This document shows positions 43,264-51,726 of a stretch of DNA of 64,000 bases, in pieces. The stretch is taken from the NCBI GenBank assembly GCA_913049785.1, contig CAJWXP010000003.1:14890-78889 (forward strand), given 5' to 3'. The translations under genes and the position numbers were made by a program. This DNA is from an uncultured Dehalococcoidia bacterium (GTDB taxonomy: Bacteria; Chloroflexota; Dehalococcoidia; Lucifugimonadales; UBA1127). The stretch's first letter is position 1. Every line of letters begins with the position of its first letter. The notes beneath the pieces were generated by a model. That model did not search any database. It was not told where the DNA came from and saw only the letters and a program-made list of their open reading frames with translations.

Positions 43264-43809
43264 TTACCCCGATTCCTGGATCTCGATGGTGTACAGTTTG
43301 TCGCCTGGCTCTTCCGGTGGCGGCCAATCCCAGTCCGGGTCTCGTGGCGTGAGATTCATTACTACATCTAGACCCTCAACAACCCTTCCAAAAGCCGAAT
43401 TACGATCATCAAGGTGGGGTGTTGGCGCGTGCTGAATGATGAACTGGCTACCGTTGAAATTAGGGCCGCGGTTGGCCATTGTGATCACGCCCGGCGCATC
43501 GTGACGGACGTTGGGGCTAAACTCGTCGGCGAATCTATATCCTGGGTCACCTCGGCCGTCTCCCCGAGGGTCTCCACCCTGACTGAATGACCCTGGCGCT
43601 ACCTTGTGGAAGGTAGTGTTGTCGTAGTAGCCGTCACGTGCCAGGAATACGAAGTTATTGACGATAGTTGGCACATCCTTGGCTGCGAGTTCCACGACGA
43701 AGTCACCCTTTTCCGTCTTGAATGTCGCTAGATATTTATGGTTTGGATCGATAGTCAAAGGGGGTGGGGCATCATACTTTTTAGTCTGCGGCACCGGCTC
43801 ACTGGTCAT
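43264..43809 (-). CDS. cyclophilin-type peptidyl-prolyl cis-trans isomerase
   Basis: FHKV..G...QGGDP.GDG.G.PGY.F.DE, MANRGPNFNGSQF and FGRVVEGLDVV motifs. Confidence 0.9.
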   Translation of the reverse strand: MTSEPVPQTKKYDAPPPLTIDPNHKYLATFKTEKGDFVVELAAKDVPTIVNNFVFLARDGYYDNTTFHKVAPGSFSQGGDPRGDGRGDPGYRFADEFSPNVRHDAPGVITMANRGPNFNGSQFIIQHAPTPHLDDRNSAFGRVVEGLDVVMNLTPRDPDWDWPPPEEPGDKLYTIEIQESG

Positions 43810-43862
43810 GGGCTCACTCCTTCCATTAGGTAGCTACAATTCCTTATGGCACAGGGCGGCAG

Positions 43863-45836
43863 TTATATCCCGAGGACAGTGGCAACCGCTGTGATGAAGT
43901 CCTCATCCGTCAGTAGGCTCGACCAGCTAATTTGGTCATGGGGCTTCTCACCAAATCCGGCCTTGTTGTAGTACATATCTTTGGGAGCACTTCGAAACAC
44001 GACCGGTCCTACGTGAAATGCGTGATTCTCCTCGTTGTCGAGATAGGTTTGTGCTGCATCCTCATCTTTGAACTTATGGACCAGGAAAGGGTCTCCATTG
44101 ACGCTGGCAAAAATCGCATTCAAACCACCAACACGCAGATGGCTTCGCGGCGTCTCCACCATCCAGCGGCCAGTGCGGATACCTTCAATGACATAGTCAA
44201 CGCCAATCTCGACCTCATAGCCACGCTTCTCAATTCCTTTGAGGAGATCAACTAGGCCCAAACCATCCTTTCCCACCTCCGGAAAGGCAGCGTTGAACAC
44301 CGGTATAAAAGTTCGACCGACAAAGTCGTTAGTATCGATCAGGTTGGACCAGGGGATTCGGTCGTCCGACAGCAGTCGGCTGTGGATGGTGTCAAGGAAC
44401 TGTAAATGGTCATCCGGTGTCGATTCGAGAACCACCCTCCCACTCCGGACCGAATGGGGTTTACCAAATGCATAATCTTCCGCGGTGGATCTACTGGAAA
44501 ACTCCACAATCTTAAAGCGGTCCTGGTTGATGTGGAGGAAGAGCCCGGTGGACGCTTCATTGGGTAGTTCTAGACTTAACAACTCGGCATCAACGGAGAC
44601 ATCGTAATTGTTAGCTCTCAGGGTGTTTACAAATTCTATGAACCCGCCTTCATCAACCGACCTCTGGCCAGTGCTGCGATAGATATCGTTCTGCTTATGA
44701 CCCCAGGCCCATCCGTGGAATCTTAGGAAAGTGTAACTGACATGCTCTAGCTGCTGGCCGGCCAAAGGCCCAGTCAGAGCCTTACCCTCGACGGACCACG
44801 TTGAGCCAGTCTCAACGTCAACGAAGGCATCTCCGGCGAGCTTAAAGGTCAAGTTTCGACCGTCCAGCGTTGCGTAGTACGCCGCGGTCCAGAAACTTGT
44901 GGGAGCCGGTCCCGACCAAACGACGATTTGCTGTCCGTCGAGTACGTCATGGACTACTCCGCCTTCATTTTTGATTTCTTCAACGGGGTAGAGGCGAGTT
45001 GTGGAGCCGTGGGTCGCCGACAGGACCATGGCGTTTTCCGGGAGTCGCGTGTCTGGGTTTTCTCCTAAAGTGCGAACAAACGCCGGACTAACGCCAGGAC
45101 GCCCGTACCATTCTTCGTCGCCGTGACCATGCCGCTGGTCGATGTGGTTGGGATCCTCTGGCTGGCTCATGACCAGTGTGTCCGGGTGGAGTGTCAGCCA
45201 TTCCCCATAGGTTGTGTGGTATGTGGGAATTCGCTCCAAAATCTCGCCCTTCATGGGACCGTTGACCGCTATCCCCTCAGCAACAAGCCATGATGACCGC
45301 GTTTGTGCATCCGCTACCGTTAAGGAGCAATTGTGAATGCCCGCGCCGCGGAAGAAGAGAGGATTGCCCTGCACCGATGCCATCCAGGCATCGCCGTTCT
45401 GACAGCGCTCTCAGCTGAATACTACGAATGGTTCGTCATCAATCGTGTCGTGGATTGTGTGGTAGTAGTCGACGATCCAGAGGGGGTATGCTTTGGTCAT
45501 ACCCCTGTGGGTGATGCCAATAATGTAATCGTCCTCCCGCATGAAATTGACGTCAGCGGCGGGAACGTATTGAGGATTTGCGATGAGGTCTATCCTCCAT
45601 GGAGGCGGAGCGCCGTCCACCGCAAACCTGACGTTGTCCTGAATCCAGTCTCTAGTGTTTTCTACTAACGCTTTATCACGATGCATTTCTCCCATCCTTC
45701 TCTCACATGTTTTCCGCACCTCAGCGGGACCTCGCATTGATCGATATCTAAGCGTTGTCTCCCAGTTGTTATTGCGCAATTGTAGAGCCGTGTAGATGAC
45801 TGTCAAGCGTGAGAACCTAGTGTACCGGGGATTCAC
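43863..45836 (-). CDS. DUF3179-family protein with in-frame TGA at the first Cys of its CxxC motif (candidate selenoprotein, or Cys-to-stop pseudogene), plus duplicated C-terminal module
   Basis: ORFs 45411..45836 and 43863..45383 share one frame. Junction reads ...AYPLWIVDYYHTIHDTIDDEPFVVFS-TGA-ERCQNGDAWMASVQGNPLFF...TRSSWL... and is colinear with the DUF3179 pattern AYPL..L..HE.VND..G.P..VTYCPLC....F.....G..L.F. The likely true start is ATG 45695. Confidence 0.6.
45375..45393 (-). promoter_or_regulatory. hairpin 17 nt downstream of the in-frame UGA (SECIS-like candidate)
   Basis: mRNA CGAUGCC-UGGAU-GGCAUCG: 7-bp stem, 5-nt loop containing GG. Confidence 0.35.
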
Positions 45837-46090
45837 AAAATCAGATACGCAGCACGGGATTTAACACTTTTGTCCATGTTTTTGCCCAACACCGGAATTA
45901 TCAGACTTCGCCAATAGCAGCATCGAGAAATTAGTCATCGACGCCAGAATCGTAAACAATATTTGAGTACGGGGGTAATAGCTGCCTTCGGGCTAATCGT
46001 GTTAGTCTCGACTGGCCCGACGATCTAACCGGGTTAATGTCGAGTAAGTCAGTTCGCGCTGAACTCTCTAGCTTGGTTTAAAACTGTCTC

Positions 46091-46279
46091 TCAACAACCA
46101 TTCTCTTGAGCATTCGTCATTAAGCCCGTGTACCGCTGTTCACGGGCATCTTTTACAGCCTGAATTACTCTATTGATCTTGAAGAGCTTTTTGATGTAAT
46201 CAAATGCTCCGAGGTTCATGGCCCGAGCTACGGTCTCCGCACCATGCGACGCGGTAATCACGATTACATATGCACTCAA
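46091..46279 (-). pseudogene. C-terminal fragment of a response-regulator receiver domain
   Basis: VIVITASHGAETVARAMNLGAFDYIKK matches only the second half of a REC domain (piivlTa...a...Ga.dyi.KP). An in-frame TAA lies immediately upstream. Abuts the family-A repeat at 46292. Confidence 0.5.
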
Positions 46280-46291
46280 TCGTTCAGCTTA

Positions 46292-46332
46292 GGTAACCGC
46301 AGGAATATAGGTGCAGGGTTAAACCCTGCCTA
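46292..46332 (-). repeat. family-A stop-codon-abutting bipartite element
   Basis: On the minus strand: TAG-GCAGGGTTTAACCCTGC-ACC-TATATT-CCTGCGGTTACC. The TAG is the apt stop. Confidence 0.8.
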
Positions 46333-46842
46333 TAAAGTGAGTACGATTTCCAGTCGATGGCCCTTCAGCCTGTCACGACCGCCCAGCCCACCGATCTCCG
46401 CCAACAGCGCCATGCCTGCAATCTCCGCGCCGGTGCCCTGCACCAGCTTGACCGTGGCCTCCAGGGTGCCGCCGGTGGCTAGGATGTCGTCGACGATGAG
46501 GACGCGATGCCCGGCTTCCAGCCCGTCCTGGTGAATCTCGATGGTGTCAAAGCCGTACTCCAGCAGGTACTCCACCTTGTGGGTATCGAAGGGCAGCTTG
46601 CCCAGCTTCCGCACAGGAACGAAACCGGCGTTGAGTTTCAGCGCCAGCGGCGCGCCAAGGATGTAGCCACGAGCCTCCACAGCAACCACGGCATCGATAC
46701 GTTCATTGGCGAAGGGCGCGGCCATAGCAGCCACGGCCTCAGCGAACCCGGCGCTGTGCTTGAGCAATGGCGTGATGTCCTTGTAGACGATGCCCTTCTG
46801 GGGGAAGTCAGGAATGTCCCGAATCAGGGTGTAGAGGTCCAT
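46330..46842 (-). CDS. apt: adenine phosphoribosyltransferase
   Basis: IRDIPDFPQKGIVYKDITPLL and the PRPP motif VLIVDDILATGGT. ATG 46842 is preceded by AGGAGA; the ORF-track extension is rejected. Confidence 0.9.
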   Translation of the reverse strand: MDLYTLIRDIPDFPQKGIVYKDITPLLKHSAGFAEAVAAMAAPFANERIDAVVAVEARGYILGAPLALKLNAGFVPVRKLGKLPFDTHKVEYLLEYGFDTIEIHQDGLEAGHRVLIVDDILATGGTLEATVKLVQGTGAEIAGMALLAEIGGLGGRDRLKGHRLEIVLTL

Positions 46843-46882
46843 GTATTCTCCTGTGATATTCTCGGCTTTAGTCTCAGCATAT

Positions 46883-47917
46883 CTAGGTTTGAACGTCGTC
46901 ACTCTTCTCGGCTTTAGTCTCCACATACGAGCCTTCGGGCCCAGCGTCTTTAGTCGCTTCATACAAGTGGCATGCCACGAACCGACCTGGCCGCACCTCC
47001 ACCAACATCGGGTCGACGACATCGCACTGGCCCGCCATGAACTGCGGGCAACGTGGATGGAAGTGGCAGCCAGCGGGGGAATTGGCCGGGCTTGGCGGCT
47101 CGCCAGGAACGGCAGGCCTATCGCGAAGTCGGTTGGTCGGGTCAGCTTCCGGTACTGCTTCGATGAGCGCCTGGGTGTACGGATGCAGCGGGTCGTCCAG
47201 CACCTCGCCGGGTATCCCCTGCTCCACTACGCGACCCAGGTACATGACGGCGATGCGGTCTGAGAAGTACCGTGCTGTGGCTATATCATGGGTGATGTAG
47301 AGAAACGCGATGCCCATGCGGTCCTGTAGGTCACGCATCAGGTAGAGGATCTCCGTGCGACTGGACGCGTCGATCATGGAGACGGGCTCGTCCGCAAGGA
47401 TGTACTCGGGCTGCAGGATTAACGCCCGGGCGATGCCCACGCGCTGTCGCTGCCCGCCGGAGAGCATGTGCGGGTACTTCAGGGCTATCTCGCCGGCGGG
47501 GGAGAGTCGCACGTCCTCCAGGGCTTGATGCACCCTGTCTGTTCGGTCGCCGATGTTGTGTATCTGCAGTGGTTCTTCAAGAATCTGCTGGATGTTCATG
47601 AACGGGTCAATGCTGGAATATGGGTCCTGGAAAACGGCCTGAGCACGTCGGCGGAACCAGTTGAGCTTACCTTCACGAACGCTGGTGATGTCCTGCCCAT
47701 CGAACGCCAAGTGCCCCTCGGTGATGGGAGCAAGTCGCAGTGACGCCCTACCTAACGTGGTCTTGCCACTACCCGATTCCCCAACTACAGAGAGGGTCTC
47801 GCCAGCATCCAACGACAGCGAGACACCGTCGACGGCGCGCACGGTCTGCGTGCTGAAGAGCATCTTGCGCACGGCAAAATGCACCTTCACCTGGTCAAGC
47901 GTCAACAATGCTCCCAT
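46883..47917 (-). CDS. ABC transporter ATP-binding protein (OppF/DppF type), orphan
   Basis: Walker A GESGSGKTT, LSGGQRQR, ILADEPVSMID, and C-terminal CHFHPRC. Start at ATG 47917. Confidence 0.9.
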   Translation of the reverse strand: MGALLTLDQVKVHFAVRKMLFSTQTVRAVDGVSLSLDAGETLSVVGESGSGKTTLGRASLRLAPITEGHLAFDGQDITSVREGKLNWFRRRAQAVFQDPYSSIDPFMNIQQILEEPLQIHNIGDRTDRVHQALEDVRLSPAGEIALKYPHMLSGGQRQRVGIARALILQPEYILADEPVSMIDASSRTEILYLMRDLQDRMGIAFLYITHDIATARYFSDRIAVMYLGRVVEQGIPGEVLDDPLHPYTQALIEAVPEADPTNRLRDRPAVPGEPPSPANSPAGCHFHPRCPQFMAGQCDVVDPMLVEVRPGRFVACHLYEATKDAGPEGSYVETKAEKSDDVQT

Positions 47918-48075
47918 ATACCCTCGTGCTACGCTGAGTTTCCCTATTGTACGCGAAGGCGAACCAAGTCCGCGAAGCCAGAAGATGCGTCCGTTGCCCA
48001 AATAACAACGTAATGGTTGTGGAGGGCGTGGTATGGATAGTGATACAATACGCCCGATTTCAGCGGAGGGTGTTC

Positions 48076-49071
48076 ATGTCAACAGGCTGGCTCTGGGGGA
48101 CCATCAGTACAGTAGCCATCGTGCTGTTCATTGGCGGCTACCTTGTGGGGTTTGCCGTCTACCAGCCGGATGTCTCGTCGCTGGAAGCGAAAACGGAAGT
48201 ACAGCAGGAAGAGCTAACCAGCCTGCAGGGTCGACTCTCTGACCGCGACACTCAGCTTGCGGCCCTTGTGGCGGAGCGCGACGACGAGAAAGCCTCCCGC
48301 GTTGGCCTGGAGACAACACTGGCGTCCACCCAAGCGTTCCTCGAGGACGCTCGCACATCCTCTATTCGCGCAAGCGCAGACCTCCTTGAAGCGCGTGCCA
48401 GCCTAACCAGCGTGGAATCAACGTTGACCCAAACGCAAGGCGAACAGGCCGACTTAAGCGAGCAGCTAACCACTCTGCAAGACGCGCAGGGCGACCTGGA
48501 CATGGCCATCGCCATCCAGTCAGAACTGCAAGAACTCTACAACGATGAACTCGGCCCCAACCACGGTGACGCCCTGCTCCTGATTCAGGAGGGGCTTCTT
48601 GCTGTAACCAACACGAATTATGGTGAGGCAGCAACGTTCTTCGATGAGTCCAGCATTGCCTTCGATCTGGCCAAGGACAACGCTAAGGTGGCAGCTACTA
48701 GGAGTGAGTCGCTCCTTGAACTGGTGCCTTCAAGCCTCCACAACACCTTTGACACCAGCCATCGACAGTCGAAATCCACGGTGCTGGCCATGGACTCCCA
48801 GTCACGTGAATACAAAGCAGCAGCAGAGCTGTACATCATCATCGATGAGTGGAACGACCTTGATAACGAAGGCGCTTCAGAGGATATGGAACGGTGGCGC
48901 GGCATCGCAGCCAACGCAGAAGACCTTTTGGAAGAGGCGATGACCAAGTTGGATGAAGCGGACGAGTGGGCTCCCGAACTGTGGCGGCGCTCAGAGGCCA
49001 TCCGGTTGGACATCCGGCAGTGGCGGGATCTGTTGTCCGGCGTTCGCTCGGTCATCCTTGAAGAGGGCTAA
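48076..49071 (+). CDS. membrane-anchored coiled-coil protein
   Basis: GGAGGG SD, N-terminal TM helix (WLWGTISTVAIVLFIGGYLVGFAVY), long heptad region. Same architecture as 22402..23169. Confidence 0.6.
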   Translation: MSTGWLWGTISTVAIVLFIGGYLVGFAVYQPDVSSLEAKTEVQQEELTSLQGRLSDRDTQLAALVAERDDEKASRVGLETTLASTQAFLEDARTSSIRASADLLEARASLTSVESTLTQTQGEQADLSEQLTTLQDAQGDLDMAIAIQSELQELYNDELGPNHGDALLLIQEGLLAVTNTNYGEAATFFDESSIAFDLAKDNAKVAATRSESLLELVPSSLHNTFDTSHRQSKSTVLAMDSQSREYKAAAELYIIIDEWNDLDNEGASEDMERWRGIAANAEDLLEEAMTKLDEADEWAPELWRRSEAIRLDIRQWRDLLSGVRSVILEEG

Positions 49072-49793
49072 CCACCTTCTGAAACCACCTCTGCTGGGCT
49101 AACAAGGCTTCGGCTTTCCGCTTCACCTGCCCATCGCACGTCCAACCCCAAGCGATGCTCCAACGCGTCCACCACAGCACGCATTACATCGCCGCTGTCC
49201 ACCCCCCTGCCAAACTCGCGCTCCATCGAGGTCACGTTCAACCCCCGCATGCCGCACGCCACAATGTGCTGGAAGTACGACAGGTCTGTACTGACGTTCA
49301 ACGCGAAGCCATGGCTACTGACCCCACGACTGACCCTAACGCCTATGGCAGCGATCTTCCGTTGGTCATCGCCCTCGCCTAGCCACACGCCGGGCAGTTT
49401 CTCGACTGTGTGTGCCGTTATATCGAAGGTGGACAGAGCATCGATCAACCCAGCTTCCAGGCCACGGACGTAGCGCACCGGGCCACCGATCGCTCGCAGG
49501 TCAAGAATCGGATACCCCACAAGCTGTCCCGGGCCGTGGTACGTCAACTCACCGCCTCTATCCACCTCATGGACGGCAACTCCTGCCTTCACTAGAGCTT
49601 CCGCCGACATGAGCACATCGTCCATCGAGCCACGTCGACCCAGCGTGTAGACGTGGAGATGCTCAAGCAACAACAGTACGTTGTCGATCGACCCCTCAAT
49701 GCGCTGCTGCACCAGGTCTCGCTGGATGTCCCAGGCGTGCTGGTATTCCACAGAACCAAGGTCGTAGACGGTCGTCGGGTTCGAGGATGTCAT
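49068..49793 (-). CDS. lipB: lipoyl(octanoyl) transferase
   Basis: LLLLEHLHVYTLGRRG, VDRGGELTYHGPGQLVGYPI, RKIAAIGVRVSRGVSSHGFALNV. Confidence 0.9.
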   Translation of the reverse strand: MTSSNPTTVYDLGSVEYQHAWDIQRDLVQQRIEGSIDNVLLLLEHLHVYTLGRRGSMDDVLMSAEALVKAGVAVHEVDRGGELTYHGPGQLVGYPILDLRAIGGPVRYVRGLEAGLIDALSTFDITAHTVEKLPGVWLGEGDDQRKIAAIGVRVSRGVSSHGFALNVSTDLSYFQHIVACGMRGLNVTSMEREFGRGVDSGDVMRAVVDALEHRLGLDVRWAGEAESRSLVSPAEVVSEGG

Positions 49794-49894
49794 GCTGGTA
49801 TTATGCCCGTCAGCACCATAGAGGGCCAGTCGAACAGATTGCGCTACAATGGGCCGAGAATTCATGTGATAAAACCAACATCGGAGCAACACAC

Positions 49895-50362
49895 ATGGCA
49901 GACCGCAAATACTGGCTGTTCAAATCAGAACCTAACGCATACTCCTACGCCGACCTCCAGAAAGACGGCGTGGCCGAGTGGGACGGCGTCCGCAACTACC
50001 AGGCCCGGAACCTCCTGCGCGACGACATCAAGGAGGGCGATGGCATCCTGTTCTACCACAGCAACGCAGCGCCGATGGCGGTGGTGGGCACGGCGATAGT
50101 GGTGCGTTCCGGTTATCCCGATTCCACGGCATGGGACCCGAAATCGGCACACCCCGATTCCAAGAGCAGTCCTGATGAGCCTCGCTGGTACATGGTGGAC
50201 ATCAAGGCTGATCAGGAGTTCAAGGAGCCTGTCACCCTAGAGGCAATAAAGGTGTTGCCAGGGCTTGAAAAGATGATGGTAGGCCAGCGCGGTGCCCGAC
50301 TCTCTGTCCAGCCCGTTTCGTCCGAAGAATGGAACATCGTCACCAAACTTGGGTTGGGGTAG
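49895..50362 (+). CDS. EVE (PUA-like) domain protein
   Basis: KYWLFKSEPNAYSYADL..DG...WDGVRNYQARN.LRD.....D.ILFYHS. Confidence 0.85.
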   Translation: MADRKYWLFKSEPNAYSYADLQKDGVAEWDGVRNYQARNLLRDDIKEGDGILFYHSNAAPMAVVGTAIVVRSGYPDSTAWDPKSAHPDSKSSPDEPRWYMVDIKADQEFKEPVTLEAIKVLPGLEKMMVGQRGARLSVQPVSSEEWNIVTKLGLG

Positions 50363-50366
50363 GCAT

Positions 50367-51221
50367 ATGAAAATAGGAGCACACGTTTCATCGGCTGGCG
50401 GCCTGAGCAACGCCATAGACCGGGGCGCGGAGATAGGGGCGGAGACGGTGCAGCTTTTCTGCTCGCCGCCTCAGGGCTGGGCCTTCAAATCACCGCCAGA
50501 AGACCAGGTCATCGCATTCAGGCAGAAGAGTGAGGAGATGGGAATCGGCCCGGCGTTCCTCCACGGTATCTACCTGATGAACTTCGGCAGCCCGAACCCC
50601 GAGCTGGTGGAGAAGTCCATCGCAGCTCTGGTCAACTACATGGGGTGTGCATCGCAGATAGGCGCGCAGGGTGTCATCTTCCATTGCGGCAGCCACAAAG
50701 GCGCGGGCTACGACGCCATCCTTAAGCAGACGACAGACGCCCTGGCGGAGGTGCTCAAGCAATCGCCGTCGGATACGCAGCTCATCATTGAGAACACGGC
50801 GGGCATGGGCAACCACATCTGCGCCAGTTTCGCTGAGATCGGCGGGGTAATGAAAGGCCTGGCAAGCCCGCAGGTGAAGGTCTGTCTGGACACGGAACAC
50901 GCCTTCGCTGCCGGGTACGATGTCTCCCAAAAAGACACGCTTGCCAGGGCGATGGAGGAGTTCGACAAGGAAATCGGACTCTCGAACCTGGCAGCAGTCC
51001 ACGCCAACGACGCCATGGTCGAGTTCGGGTCGGGCATCGACAGGCACGAGAACATCGGCGAGGGGCACATCGGTGTCGCAGGGTTCGAGGTCATCATGGC
51101 GCACCCTGCATTCCGAGATGTGCCGTTCTTACTGGAAGTGCCGGGCACCGACAAGAAGGGCCCAGATCGTGACCAGCTTGACCGTGTGAAAGACATACGG
51201 ATGCGGGTGGGAGCGGAATAG
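50367..51221 (+). CDS. nfo: deoxyribonuclease IV (endonuclease IV)
   Basis: MKIGAHVS.AGG, IFHCGSH, IENTAG, CLDTEHAF, HANDA, DRHENIGEG. Confidence 0.9.
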   Translation: MKIGAHVSSAGGLSNAIDRGAEIGAETVQLFCSPPQGWAFKSPPEDQVIAFRQKSEEMGIGPAFLHGIYLMNFGSPNPELVEKSIAALVNYMGCASQIGAQGVIFHCGSHKGAGYDAILKQTTDALAEVLKQSPSDTQLIIENTAGMGNHICASFAEIGGVMKGLASPQVKVCLDTEHAFAAGYDVSQKDTLARAMEEFDKEIGLSNLAAVHANDAMVEFGSGIDRHENIGEGHIGVAGFEVIMAHPAFRDVPFLLEVPGTDKKGPDRDQLDRVKDIRMRVGAE

Positions 51222-51223
51222 CT

Positions 51224-51598
51224 GTGGACGGACTATTGCCCGACGCCTTCATGGCACTGGTGGCAGACGCACTGGAAGGGTTACCCCAGGCGGTTCACGA
51301 CGCTCTGGATAACGTTGAAGTGGTGACCCAGGAGTGGCCGTCTCCTGACCAGTTGGATTACACGGAGGGCGATGACCGCTATGTGCTGCTGGGCCTCTAC
51401 GAGGGCATACCCCTCAGCGATCGGGTGAACTACACAATGGTGCTCCCTGACAAAGTGACGCTGTTCCAGCGACCTCTGGAGGCCGTCTGCGCGACACAAC
51501 GCGAGTTGGAGCATGAGGTGCAGGTAACGGTAGTCCACGAGCTTGCCCACCACCTTGGTTGGGGCGATGAGGATATCCATCGCATGGGCTTCGGCTAG
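51224..51598 (+). CDS. zinicin-like metallopeptidase family protein (DUF1025-like)
   Basis: TVVHELAHHLGWGDEDI motif near the C-terminus. 124 aa. GTG start 3 nt after the nfo stop. Confidence 0.75.
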   Translation: MDGLLPDAFMALVADALEGLPQAVHDALDNVEVVTQEWPSPDQLDYTEGDDRYVLLGLYEGIPLSDRVNYTMVLPDKVTLFQRPLEAVCATQRELEHEVQVTVVHELAHHLGWGDEDIHRMGFG

Positions 51599-51636
51599 GC
51601 AGGACAATGTCCTGCACCTGTATGCCTGCGGTTACC
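51596..51636 (+). repeat. family-A stop-codon-abutting bipartite element
   Basis: TAG-GCAGGACAATGTCCTGC-ACC-TGTATG-CCTGCGGTTACC. The TAG is the stop of CDS 51224..51598. Confidence 0.8.
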
Positions 51637-51726
51637 AAACAAGAAGTACAGTCAACTCAACACCAGAGGTCGTTAGCAGTGAATTTGGGGCATAGCTACG
51701 CCTGCTAGCAAATTATCCTAAAGGGG

